Part shown: piece by piece, positions 1 through 9,275 of the stretch
How positions within the stretch are numbered: the first letter of the stretch is position 1
Layout of the letters: each line of letters begins with the position of its first letter
NCBI GenBank assembly: GCA_038231515.1
Contig: JBBRLF010000003.1
Span: forward strand, 1 to 47,268
From: a candidate division WWE3 bacterium
GTDB lineage: Bacteria > Bdellovibrionota > UBA1018 > UBA923
DNA length: 47,268 nt
Direction: 5' to 3'
Program-made: the position numbers and the translations under genes
Notes under the pieces: generated by a model
What the model saw: only the letters and a program-made list of their open reading frames with translations
What the model was told of the DNA's origin: nothing
The model's database searches: none

Positions 1-1
1 A

Positions 2-40
2 GGGGTAAAATAACGCATCGGGGGTCAAAACGTGATTCGG
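2..40. repeat. Two degenerate ~19-bp-period direct repeats, possibly an IS21-like element end
   Basis: GGGGTAAAATAACGCATCGG (2-21) vs GGGGTCAAAACGTGATTCGG (21-40), 13/20 identical. Reiterated GGGGTCAA boxes are typical of IS21-family ends. No transposase for it is present in the window. Confidence 0.2.
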
Positions 41-2800
41 TCATTAACCAGGGTGGCAGACTGCGAAGACAGCTTTAGTTCCGCGCAAATGCGCGGCCCT
101 GCGCTCAGATTAGTTTGCGAGCACGTTTTATCGGTAAACAATGGACTCTCTCAGTATGGGGTCACGACCGACCAAAACGGCTTAATAACTGGCATCACTG
201 ACCTGCACAACAGCGAAACCAGGACCAACGATGCGAGAGGCCGCGTCCTCACACGGTCGTTCACGAGTGGACACGTTCTCACCTATACGTGGGACGACTT
301 TGACCGCTTGACCGCGATCAGCGACAACACGGGACCTTCGATTTCAATGGTTTTCGACATTATGGGCAAGATGCTCTCGCGCTCGGTGACGCCGCTCGGT
401 GGTGGAACTTCGCAGACGACGTTCTACACTTACGATGATCGCGACAGGCTCACACAAGTGACGAACCCGAAGGGTGAGATCACGAAGGTCGGCTACAACA
501 TCATCTCCGTTGGCTGCCATGTGCGCGATCTGCCTACGTCCATCGCCGACACCGGCGGCCGCGTGACGACGATGCAGTACGATAATCGGCAGCGACTCAC
601 GCGTGTGACCGATGCGAACGGCCACGTGACACGCGCCGAGTATAACGCGAGAGGCGAGAAGATCGCTGTCACTGATCCGAATGGGAACCGCGCGACGTTT
701 TCTTATGACGGCAACAGCCGCCTTGTACAGCAGACGCGGCCCGTGGCGATCTCTGGAACTGGCGGCGCTCCGCTGTCGGCCACTCAGATTACAAACTACT
801 CTTACGACACCGCTGGACGCCTTACCTCGTCGGACAAATACGCGCTCGGCATCGCTAACGCGACGCACTCGACGCTTGCTCTCGCGTACGATCCGCTCGA
901 CCGTGTGATCCAGAAGACACTCATGACCGGATCAAACGTCGATGACAGCTCAACCTTCAGCTACTCGCGACAGATCGACAATGTTGCGCGGATCTCGGCA
1001 AACAACTCCGTGGCGAGCTTGAGCTTCATCAACGAGACGGCTCCGCCGTTTTTGATGTCGAGTTACAGCATTACTGCGGGCTCTGCTGGCGGTGCCCTGA
1101 ATCTCACTCAGGGTACGTTTAACATCGGTCGCGACGTGACGGGCAACATCGCCGCTGTCAGTGGTCCGAATGGGCAGCTCTACAGCGCTGGATACGATCC
1201 GGCGGGCAGACTCACCGGCATCCAGTCGGGCTTCAACGCCGCGAACTACTCGGCCACAATCGGCTACGACGGCTTCGGGCGAAAAAACTCTGTCACGCAC
1301 TCGACGGGCCTGGCAGGAACCTATTCGTATGACCTGTTGAGCAGGATCACGGCCATCTCCTGGAACGGCTTCGACGGCGAGACTGCCCAAGCGATGAGCG
1401 AAAATCTGGCGTATGACCCCGCCGGAAATATCACCTCAATCACACGTGAACTCGGCGGCTTCGACTTCTCTTACGACAGCATCGACCAGCTCGTCAGCAC
1501 GGGCTTCGCCCCGAGCCAGGGCGTGAACCTCGGTGCTCTCGTGAGCCGCCAGTGGTCGTGGGACCCAGCGGGCAACAGAGCCGGTGACAACATCAACGGT
1601 TCGAGCGTGTTCTTCGCGAACTCGATTCTCTCCGATGCGCTTCACAGCTATCAATCCGACTCGATGGGACTTGGCAACGTCGTGCAGAAGAATACGCCAG
1701 CGGCCCAAGTCATCGACCTGTTTAGCTACAGAGCCGACTCGCGAGTCACTTCTTACATGAACGTGACCGACGTGAACGGAAACGGTGCTTACGATCCGGG
1801 CGCGGACACGATGAACAGAAGCGGTCAGTTCTACTACGATGCTCTCGGGCGTCGTGCTGCGAACGTGATCTCTAAGGGCGGCACGAGCTTCACGCAAAGC
1901 TTCTCGTACCTCGGTGATCGTGGTCGATTCCTAACGACGACTGCCGGTGACGGTAGCACGCGACTCTACCTCGATGCCAAGGGCCTCAACGAGCACCTCG
2001 CTGAGATCGGGCCTTCGGGCGTCAAGGCGTTCGTGAGCGATCACCTCCTGAGTGTATTGAATGGACCGGTCGCCGGTGGGTCGATGGCATTCGGCGCCTT
2101 CGGTGAGAGTCTCGGAAGCGATCTAGTGCTCAATGCTTCGTCCGATCCTGCATCACCGGGCTATGCTGGCTACCGCTTCAGCTCCTTGATGAGAATTTAC
2201 GAACTCGATCACAGGCTTTATGACCAAGAGAGCGGCCGCCATCTATCGAGCGATCCGCTCTCGAATGGTGGTTCTTACGGCTACGTTGGTGGAAGTCCTG
2301 TGAAGTACGTTGACCCGCTCGGCCTCTCGCGCGGCGTGGTCACGCCGGATCGCCGTCACATGGACGTTTATCCGGGCAATACACCTGACACGCAAGGTCC
2401 GCCTCAGCGAGTCGACATCGGCAATAACACCACCAACCCGAACGGCGATCCGAACACCGTCGGCAGCCACGGTCCTGCTCCGGCTGGAACCTTCCCGGTT
2501 CAACCGCCTGTACGAATCCCGAGCGATAGCGACGAGGCCACGTCTTACGGGACGGTCTTCTTCCCGATAGGATCTGTTGACTCGAACGGCAATCCAAGCG
2601 ACATCGCTCGTCAGCGCGGAATCGGTCTGCACGGCGGCCGCAACGGGCCGGGTTCTAGGACTGAGGGCTGCCTGCGAGGCAACAACTCCGACCTGGAAAA
2701 CCTGTTCAACCAGAACCAGTCCGATCCTCTCACTACGATAACGATACCGCCGCTTCCACCAGTGGAACTGATTGAGACGTTCGAGACGACTCTGCCATGA
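32..2800 (+). CDS. RHS/YD-repeat polymorphic toxin, 5'-truncated, with C-terminal L,D-transpeptidase-fold (Tlde1/DUF2778-like) domain
   Basis: Many YD repeats (YTYDDRDRLTQVT, YDPAGRLT, YDALGRR). RHS core LYDQESGRHLSSDPL...SPVKYVDPLGL. The C-terminus has GPAPAGTF and IGLHGG-x7-TEGCLR. In-frame TAA at 11-13; the first ~36 aa are not RHS-like. Confidence 0.85.
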   Translation: MIRSLTRVADCEDSFSSAQMRGPALRLVCEHVLSVNNGLSQYGVTTDQNGLITGITDLHNSETRTNDARGRVLTRSFTSGHVLTYTWDDFDRLTAISDNTGPSISMVFDIMGKMLSRSVTPLGGGTSQTTFYTYDDRDRLTQVTNPKGEITKVGYNIISVGCHVRDLPTSIADTGGRVTTMQYDNRQRLTRVTDANGHVTRAEYNARGEKIAVTDPNGNRATFSYDGNSRLVQQTRPVAISGTGGAPLSATQITNYSYDTAGRLTSSDKYALGIANATHSTLALAYDPLDRVIQKTLMTGSNVDDSSTFSYSRQIDNVARISANNSVASLSFINETAPPFLMSSYSITAGSAGGALNLTQGTFNIGRDVTGNIAAVSGPNGQLYSAGYDPAGRLTGIQSGFNAANYSATIGYDGFGRKNSVTHSTGLAGTYSYDLLSRITAISWNGFDGETAQAMSENLAYDPAGNITSITRELGGFDFSYDSIDQLVSTGFAPSQGVNLGALVSRQWSWDPAGNRAGDNINGSSVFFANSILSDALHSYQSDSMGLGNVVQKNTPAAQVIDLFSYRADSRVTSYMNVTDVNGNGAYDPGADTMNRSGQFYYDALGRRAANVISKGGTSFTQSFSYLGDRGRFLTTTAGDGSTRLYLDAKGLNEHLAEIGPSGVKAFVSDHLLSVLNGPVAGGSMAFGAFGESLGSDLVLNASSDPASPGYAGYRFSSLMRIYELDHRLYDQESGRHLSSDPLSNGGSYGYVGGSPVKYVDPLGLSRGVVTPDRRHMDVYPGNTPDTQGPPQRVDIGNNTTNPNGDPNTVGSHGPAPAGTFPVQPPVRIPSDSDEATSYGTVFFPIGSVDSNGNPSDIARQRGIGLHGGRNGPGSRTEGCLRGNNSDLENLFNQNQSDPLTTITIPPLPPVELIETFETTLP

Positions 2801-3333
2801 AAACGAAAAGAGGGTCGATCATGAGATGTTCAATTCTTCTGCCAGCGATTCTGCTTGGGTGCCTGAGCTTCGGAACAGCGTGCGCGACAGCTCCGAGCAT
2901 CGTGAAAAACCTTGGGACATCGAACTCGCCCGACGGAGGCTGTCGTACAGATCTCTCTGTGAGCACCATGGGCGGGGCGAAGGTCCTGCGCCTGACCATC
3001 GGAAACGAAACCACCCTAGAGGTGAAGGACGTAACGGCGATCGCTTGGGCCGAGGACTCGATCCTGGCCTTCAGCGTTAGCCCGGTCTACGGAAAGCCTG
3101 GAATCTTCACCTACGACTGTCACTCACGCCAGAAGCAGCAACTGGTTGCGCCAAAGACCATCAACAAAGGGTATCCCCACGGCGCCGATTACTTCGATCT
3201 GTCTGGTGTCTCCGGCGACAAGGGAAAACGCGTCGTGGAGTTCTATCGTGTCGACGATGTCGACTCGAAAGAGTTCCTGAAGCTTCACACAAAAGAGCAT
3301 CTGGAACGTGTTCCTCTCCACACTCACGAGTAA
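2797..3333 (+). CDS. Putative periplasmic/lipoprotein immunity protein of the RHS toxin
   Basis: ATGA overlap with the RHS stop (alternative start 2821). Hydrophobic N-terminus with possible lipobox LLGC. Small, directly downstream of the toxin tip. Confidence 0.6.
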   Translation: MKTKRGSIMRCSILLPAILLGCLSFGTACATAPSIVKNLGTSNSPDGGCRTDLSVSTMGGAKVLRLTIGNETTLEVKDVTAIAWAEDSILAFSVSPVYGKPGIFTYDCHSRQKQQLVAPKTINKGYPHGADYFDLSGVSGDKGKRVVEFYRVDDVDSKEFLKLHTKEHLERVPLHTHE

Positions 3334-3424
3334 GTGAGCACCAGGCCAAAAACGCAGCCACGGGGCGATAAACGCGTTTAGCGGGTAAGCAGGAAGCAGA
3401 CCTCGAAGCTTCGACGAGAGTTCC

Positions 3425-3464
3425 GGACCTGCCGCCACTTGCGGGCCAGGTCCTTTTGCTTTTT
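3425..3464 (+). terminator. Intrinsic terminator after the toxin-immunity pair
   Basis: GGACCTG-CCGC-CACTT-GCGG-GC-CAGGTCC hairpin followed by TTTTGCTTTTT. Confidence 0.65.
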
Positions 3465-3515
3465 GCCAAATCTGCGGAGCAAATCTGATGGCCGCCTTGA
3501 TAGCCGGGTAGGACT

Positions 3516-4686
3516 TGTGCTCTGTAAATACTCATACGGAGACCCACCAGATGCCCGATTTCCAGCATTAAACTGCTCAAGCTGATCCAATATTATTCCG
3601 TCACGCGATATTCGTGATGGAGACCACCCAAATATGGAAATGCGCTGATTACTGACGTCGAAACCGGCGGATTTCGAGGGCCCTTTTCCCCGTTTTCCAT
3701 GGCCATCGGAACCCGCTGATCGATTCCCTGGTGGCAGCGCGCGGTATTATAGTACAAACGATACTCGTCAAGCACCACCTGCAAATGCTTGCGGCCCGAA
3801 AAGAGGAAGTGATCGGTGCACTCCCGCCTGATGCTGCCAATAACCCGCTCAACAAAACAATTAGCCATGGGCGCGTACACAGGAGTCATTGCCACGCGAA
3901 CCTTTCGAGATACCAGTAAATTTTTAACATCCGCACCTCGGAAGATACTGGCATGGTCGTGGATAAGAAGGTCAGGCGTGCTACGCTCAGCCATCTCGGA
4001 GCGCAAGACGTTGGCGACCCACTCACCATCGGAAATAGGTGTGACACTCGTAGCGATGAGCACCCGATTCTTGATATCCAGTATGACCAGCACGAAAAAG
4101 GTCTTGAGAAACGCCGACTCGACCGTGAATAGGTCAATTGCCCAGGCAGTCTTGTGCATCGTTAGGAATTGACGCCATTTCATTGATGGAAGTCCGCCAC
4201 CGGGATCCTCGCCAGCGGCACGCAAGATATTGCGCACGCTCGACTCAGACAACCGATATCCCAGCTTCAAAAGCTCGCCGTGCAGCCGCTTGGCGCCCCA
4301 GATTGGGTTGCTTCGTTTCATTCTCACGACGAAAGCAATGAGATCGTCCGCTACAGATGGGCGCCCGGCGCTCCCGCTTTTCTTGAAAGTCCATTTCCAG
4401 CGCACCAGTCTCTTATGCCATTCGAGGATCGTTTCCGGCTTCACGATATAACAGGCTTCGCGCCAACCGCGCAGGGCTAGAGCCAGCTTCGTTAGAATCT
4501 GGCGATCATGCGGTAGAAACCGCGGGCGGCCTTCGTTTCGCCGATAAACCTGAAGCTGGTACCGAAGATAAAGATTTTCGAGGCGCACCTGGTCGGTCGA
4601 GGAAATGATCCCACGCAGAAACATGGCGACGAGCTCGATAAGATCGATCATGACAAAAAATCATACGCTGGCGTGCCCACGTCACA
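3516..4686 (-). mobile_element. Insertion sequence (IS481/IS3-superfamily-like, single ORF); ends tentative
   Basis: Contains the DDE transposase. Candidate termini TGTG (3516) and CACA (4686), within a 6-bp IR CTTGTG/CACAAG. No target duplication seen. Confidence 0.4.
3593..4651 (-). CDS. DDE transposase (integrase core domain)
   Basis: LENLYLRYQL, HTH NPIWGAKRLHGELLKLG, catalytic WAID / IHDH / FVERVIG, YYNTARCHQGI, C-terminal GGLHHEY. Confidence 0.9.
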   Translation of the reverse strand: MIDLIELVAMFLRGIISSTDQVRLENLYLRYQLQVYRRNEGRPRFLPHDRQILTKLALALRGWREACYIVKPETILEWHKRLVRWKWTFKKSGSAGRPSVADDLIAFVVRMKRSNPIWGAKRLHGELLKLGYRLSESSVRNILRAAGEDPGGGLPSMKWRQFLTMHKTAWAIDLFTVESAFLKTFFVLVILDIKNRVLIATSVTPISDGEWVANVLRSEMAERSTPDLLIHDHASIFRGADVKNLLVSRKVRVAMTPVYAPMANCFVERVIGSIRRECTDHFLFSGRKHLQVVLDEYRLYYNTARCHQGIDQRVPMAMENGEKGPRNPPVSTSVISAFPYLGGLHHEYRVTE

Positions 4687-4798
4687 AGGGGTGAAAAGTG
4701 CCGGTACGCCAATTACCGAACCAGCGTCATATGCTCCCGACAACGCAGCCGAAGATTAGCCGCACGCGCCCGCTTCCAACGTAATTCCAGCAAACCGC

Positions 4799-6076
4799 TC
4801 ATAACGCCCCCGTAAGCAACCGCTTCAAACCATCAAACGAATGCTCAATAATATCTGCCGCATAATTAAAATCAAGAATAGCCGCCGTATCGCCCGGCGT
4901 ATGCAGATTCGGATTAAAGAACTTAAACGGCGAATCACATTTCAAATTCGAGCAGGCCTGCTCGCTAATCGAAACGCCAGGCACGCCAATGTCCCAGAAA
5001 GCGATCTGATCGCTGCTATAGATGAAAGTTTCGCGCTCGATGATGAGCGACTTCAGCTTTGCCGTATCGCCCGCAAAGTATTCAGCCACTTCACGCCCAA
5101 ACGCCTTGTCGTAACCCACGTTAACCACAGCCTCGTGCTTCTCAGGCGAGCCGTTGTAAGCGATCATGTCAAAGTTGACCATCCACAGAATCGGACGCTT
5201 CATCAAAAGATGCGCAAAAGCGATGCTGCCAATCAGGCCTTCTTCTTCGCCCGAAAAATGCGCCAGAATGATGTCGCACTTGATGTTCTGCGGCTTGCTC
5301 ACCGCCAGCCAGTCGCGCAGGCCGCGCGCAAGCGTCAGTACCGCTGCCGTGCCGCTGCCGTTGTCGTCAGCACCGGGCGCAAGGGTTGCCGGCGAGATGA
5401 TCGGGCCCCGGCCACCGCCATCGCGGGCCACACTGTCCATGTGCGCGCCAATCACGCACACCGGGCGTTGAAACACTTCGCCACCCAGGTCGCCAGTAGG
5501 CAGATAGGCCAGCACATCGGGCCAGGTTGTTTGCGTGCGTTCGGTAAGTAGTTTTTTGGTGATGCTCGTAGAATGTTCAATCGTCGTGTGAATGTAGGTC
5601 TCAACCCGGTCTTTCACCGCGACTTTGCAAAACGAGTCTTTTTCCAGCCCAACTCGCTTCAGCCGCTTTACAACCGTATCAAGCTTATCGGCTGGCAACG
5701 TGCCCGCGCAAAGCCCGTCAAAGTCGGAACGCAACATCGGCATCATGTGCACGAAATACGAACGATAGGTTTTGTCGGTATTTTGAAAATAAAACGGAAA
5801 TGCGTCCAGCGGGTCATAGTCCGCAATGCCCGCCTGAATTCCCAGCTCGTCGTATTTGGCTTTAAGGTATTGCGCCGTGGTTTGAATCTCGGGGCTGTCG
5901 CTAAAACGCTGGCTCAGGATATTGGGCAGGCCACCCACTCCAAGCTGGGCTGCGCCCGACAAAGACTCGATCAGGTTTTTTTGCTCAGTCGCAGACGTCA
6001 ACCCCTCTGCGCGCGCAGGGCCAGCAGCAAACGACAGGCAAGCCAGGCCCAAACTCAAGACGATGGTTAGTTTCAT
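4799..6076 (-). CDS. Secreted M28-family zinc aminopeptidase
   Basis: Signal peptide ending ARA; GAHMDS, GADDNGSG, GEEEGL, NFDM and HTPGD motifs. Confidence 0.85.
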   Translation of the reverse strand: MKLTIVLSLGLACLSFAAGPARAEGLTSATEQKNLIESLSGAAQLGVGGLPNILSQRFSDSPEIQTTAQYLKAKYDELGIQAGIADYDPLDAFPFYFQNTDKTYRSYFVHMMPMLRSDFDGLCAGTLPADKLDTVVKRLKRVGLEKDSFCKVAVKDRVETYIHTTIEHSTSITKKLLTERTQTTWPDVLAYLPTGDLGGEVFQRPVCVIGAHMDSVARDGGGRGPIISPATLAPGADDNGSGTAAVLTLARGLRDWLAVSKPQNIKCDIILAHFSGEEEGLIGSIAFAHLLMKRPILWMVNFDMIAYNGSPEKHEAVVNVGYDKAFGREVAEYFAGDTAKLKSLIIERETFIYSSDQIAFWDIGVPGVSISEQACSNLKCDSPFKFFNPNLHTPGDTAAILDFNYAADIIEHSFDGLKRLLTGAL

Positions 6077-6090
6077 TCCCCGGGTCTAGC

Positions 6091-6984
6091 TTACTTCGAG
6101 CGTTTCGCCAATGGATGCGACCGGTCGTACTCTTCGCAAAGCGCTTTCTGATCCAGGTGCGTATAACGCTGCGTGGTAGAAAGACTGGAGTGGCCCAGCA
6201 GCTCCTGAATCGCCCGTAGATTCGCGCCGTTCGAAAGCAGATGCGTCGCAAAAGAATGCCGCAGCGTATGCGGCGTGGTGTGCTGCGGAAGCCCAAGCTG
6301 ACGCGCACGCAGCACAATGATCTTTTGAATCCAGCGCGTGCTGAGCCGGGTGCCGCGAAAATTTCTCAGAATGGGTCCGGTCAAATCCCCCGGATTTTCG
6401 TCCCGTAAATTCTGCAAAGCCACAAGCGCCGAGGGCAAAAGCGGAACAACACGGCCCTTGCCCCCCTTACCCAGCCGCACACACAGCTGCGCTTCGCTCC
6501 ACGAGATGTCTTGCCAGTCCAGGGCGGCCGCCTCTGAGGCGCGCAGGCCGCAGCAGTATAGAATTTCGAGCAGCACCTGATCGCGCCGTAAAAAACGGGT
6601 CAGTGCCTGGGGCGTAGCAGCCAGGGTGGCAGCCTGCTCTTCGTTTAAAACCCGCGGCAACTTGCGGCGGCGCTTGGGCGAGGGAATATTGCGCGAAACA
6701 TCAGCCTGCACGATTTTTTCACGCGTCAGAAACTCAAGAAAAGTGCGCAGAGCCGCAAGTTTTCGCTGCAAGGTTGCCGGCTCGCAGTCGTCGCGGGCAC
6801 CCAGAAACCCGCGCACATGATCGCTGTTCAGCCCCTCAAACGCAGTGACGCCCGCCGTGCTAAAATGCTCGTCCCACTGCCTGAGATCAGACAGGTAGCC
6901 CCGAACGGTATGTGTGGAAGCGCCTTTTTGAATCTTCAGATAGCTCTCAAACGTCTCAAGATAGGGGGCGATAAGCCGGGTCAT
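6091..6984 (-). CDS. xerC: Tyrosine recombinase XerC
   Basis: SAM-like N-domain (ASTHTVRGYLSDL), GLRASE, GKGGKGR, HTLRHSFATHLL, LLGHSSLSTTQRY. Start set at ATG 6984 because the longer ORF overlaps the trmFO start. Adjacent to trmFO. Confidence 0.85.
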   Translation of the reverse strand: MTRLIAPYLETFESYLKIQKGASTHTVRGYLSDLRQWDEHFSTAGVTAFEGLNSDHVRGFLGARDDCEPATLQRKLAALRTFLEFLTREKIVQADVSRNIPSPKRRRKLPRVLNEEQAATLAATPQALTRFLRRDQVLLEILYCCGLRASEAAALDWQDISWSEAQLCVRLGKGGKGRVVPLLPSALVALQNLRDENPGDLTGPILRNFRGTRLSTRWIQKIIVLRARQLGLPQHTTPHTLRHSFATHLLSNGANLRAIQELLGHSSLSTTQRYTHLDQKALCEEYDRSHPLAKRSK

Positions 6985-7027
6985 ATGTGCATTGTACGCG
7001 GCAGCCCGATAGGATATAAGACGCGAC

Positions 7028-8380
7028 ATGTCAGAAACAGTAGTAAATGTGATTGGCGGCGGCTTGGCGGGCTCGGAGCTGGCCTACCAGCTTGGCTCGC
7101 GTGGAATTAAAGTACGGCTTTTCGAGATGCGCCCCCAGCAGCTCACGCCCGCACACCGTACGGGTGGCTTAGCCGAGCTGGTTTGCAGCAACACGTTTAA
7201 GTCCATGGCTGCGCACTCCGCGCCTGGCATTCTGAAACGCGAGCTCAAAGAGCTGGGAAGTTTGCTCGTCAAATCAGCACCCGTAGCCCAGGTGCCCGCG
7301 GGCGACGCGCTTGCGGTTGACCGCGAAGTTTTTTCGCGCGAGGTGGAACGCGCGGTGCTGGCCACCGGAAATGTGGAACGCATTTCGATGGTCGTCGAAG
7401 ACCTCGCGTCGCTGCCACCCGCCTATGCAACGGTGCTGGCCACCGGCCCGCTGACGCAAGGCAAGCTTGCCGACTACGTAAAATCTCTGTCAGGTGGCCT
7501 TGGCCTTTATTTTTACGACGCCATCGCGCCCGTGGTGGAAGCGTCGTCGGTTAATCGTGAAATCGTTTTTGCGGCCTCACGCTATGGCAAGGGCGGCGAC
7601 GACTATCTGAACTGCCCCATGACCGAAGACGAATACAACCGCTTTTACGACGCCATGATCGCGGCCGAAAAAATGGATTTTCAGGACTTCGAAGAGGCGC
7701 AGTACTTTCAGGGCTGCCAGCCCATCGAGGCGATTGCCGAAACCGGCCGCGACTCGCCCCGCTTTGGCCCGATGAAGCCCGTGGGCCTCGAAGACCCGCG
7801 CACGGGCCGCCGGCCGCACGCCGTGGTGCAGCTGCGAATCGACAATCTGAGCCGCAGCGCTTACAACATTGTTGGATTTCAGACGAAGCTGAAATACGGC
7901 GAACAAAAGCGCGTTTTTCAGCTCATTCCCGGTCTCGAGCACGCCGAGTTTCTACGCCTGGGTTCGATGCACCGTAACACGTACATCTGCTCGCCCTTAC
8001 TGCTCGACAAGCATTTTGCGCTCAAAGACCACCGTGCCGTGCGCCTGGCCGGCCAGATTACGGGCGTTGAAGGCTACACCGAGTCATCCGCGATTGGCCT
8101 GCTGTTGTCGATGGCCATCTGGAGCGAGATCAGTGGGCGGGAGTGGAACCTGCCGCCGCGCGCGTCGGCACTGGGCGGCCTGTGCCATTATATCTTCAAC
8201 AGCCCGGCTGACGAGTTTCAGCCCGTCAACGTGCACTTTGGGCTTTTTGATCAGAGCCTCTATACGCTGCCCAAAGGCAGACGCGGCAAAGCCGAAACGC
8301 GTGAGCTGATGGGCCAGCAGTCGATCGTGAATATTTGCGGCTGGCGCGACAGACTGGGCTGGGCTACCGTTCCAGCATAA
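7028..8380 (+). CDS. trmFO: FAD/folate-dependent tRNA (uracil-54) methyltransferase TrmFO
   Basis: GGGLAGSE, ELVCSNT, FYDAIAP, GPMKPVGL, VGFQTKL, MHRNTY, AGQITGVEGY. Confidence 0.96.
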   Translation: MSETVVNVIGGGLAGSELAYQLGSRGIKVRLFEMRPQQLTPAHRTGGLAELVCSNTFKSMAAHSAPGILKRELKELGSLLVKSAPVAQVPAGDALAVDREVFSREVERAVLATGNVERISMVVEDLASLPPAYATVLATGPLTQGKLADYVKSLSGGLGLYFYDAIAPVVEASSVNREIVFAASRYGKGGDDYLNCPMTEDEYNRFYDAMIAAEKMDFQDFEEAQYFQGCQPIEAIAETGRDSPRFGPMKPVGLEDPRTGRRPHAVVQLRIDNLSRSAYNIVGFQTKLKYGEQKRVFQLIPGLEHAEFLRLGSMHRNTYICSPLLLDKHFALKDHRAVRLAGQITGVEGYTESSAIGLLLSMAIWSEISGREWNLPPRASALGGLCHYIFNSPADEFQPVNVHFGLFDQSLYTLPKGRRGKAETRELMGQQSIVNICGWRDRLGWATVPA

Positions 8381-9264
8381 TGCTGGGAATTATTCTCATC
8401 GTCATCTGCGCGGCACTTTGGGCTACTGATGCGCTTTTTCGCATGCCGCTTGCGCGCACTATGGACCCGGGCACCATCGTTTTTCTGGAGCATGCGATTG
8501 GCGTGGTGGCCACGCTGCCGCTGTTTTTGACGCGAACCCACGAGCTCAAGGCGCTTAAGACGCGGGGCTGGCTGGCCATTGCGTTTATCGGCATTATGGG
8601 TTCGGCGCTGGGAACGTTTTTCTTCACGGCGTCGTTTCGATTTGTGAACCCCTCGGTGACCATCTTGTTACAAAAGCTGCAGCCCATCTTTGCCGTGCTG
8701 GGCGCAAGAGTTCTGCTCGGTGAAAAGCCTCGCAGTGATTTTTATCCGTGGGGCCTCGTGGCACTTGTTGCGGCAGCCATGATTTCGCTACCCGAGCGCG
8801 CGCTCTCGATTACCCCCGGGGCAAGCGGCAATATGGCTGGCGCCGGACTGGCGCTACTGGCGGCCGGGTGCTGGGGCCTGAGCACGGTTTGCGGAAAATT
8901 CGTTACGGGAAGAGTTTCGTTTCCGGTTACCGCGTTTTTGCGGCTGGCCTTTGGCCTGCTTGGCATCACTTTGCTGCTGGCGCTGAGTTTCATGAGCGCC
9001 AGCCGGCCAGACCACCTTGACGCCCCCGAGCTGCGCTCGATTCTTTACATGGCCCTGGTGCCGGGCGTGCTGGCGCTTTATCTCTACTACGCGGGCCTTA
9101 AGCGAACGAGGGCCAGCAGCGCCACTTTTGCGGAGCTGTTTTTTCCCGCCGCGGCAGTTCTGATCAACTGGCGTTTTTTAGGACAAGCCCTGACCCCGAC
9201 ACAGATGATAGGAATGGGCTTGCTGCTGACATCGGTATTTTTTATTAGTAAGGGCATGAGATAA
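8380..9264 (+). CDS. DMT/EamA family transporter
   Basis: About 10 hydrophobic helices in two repeats, LQKLQPIF and LLGEK motifs. TAATG coupling to trmFO. Confidence 0.85.
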   Translation: MLGIILIVICAALWATDALFRMPLARTMDPGTIVFLEHAIGVVATLPLFLTRTHELKALKTRGWLAIAFIGIMGSALGTFFFTASFRFVNPSVTILLQKLQPIFAVLGARVLLGEKPRSDFYPWGLVALVAAAMISLPERALSITPGASGNMAGAGLALLAAGCWGLSTVCGKFVTGRVSFPVTAFLRLAFGLLGITLLLALSFMSASRPDHLDAPELRSILYMALVPGVLALYLYYAGLKRTRASSATFAELFFPAAAVLINWRFLGQALTPTQMIGMGLLLTSVFFISKGMR

Positions 9265-9275
9265 GAGGAGCTACT

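Noticed and set aside
3369-3414. Palindromes TAAACGCGTTTA and TCGAAGCTTCGA as integron attC
   Set aside because: Too short, no R/L box architecture, and the nearby recombinase is XerC-like without an IntI insertion.
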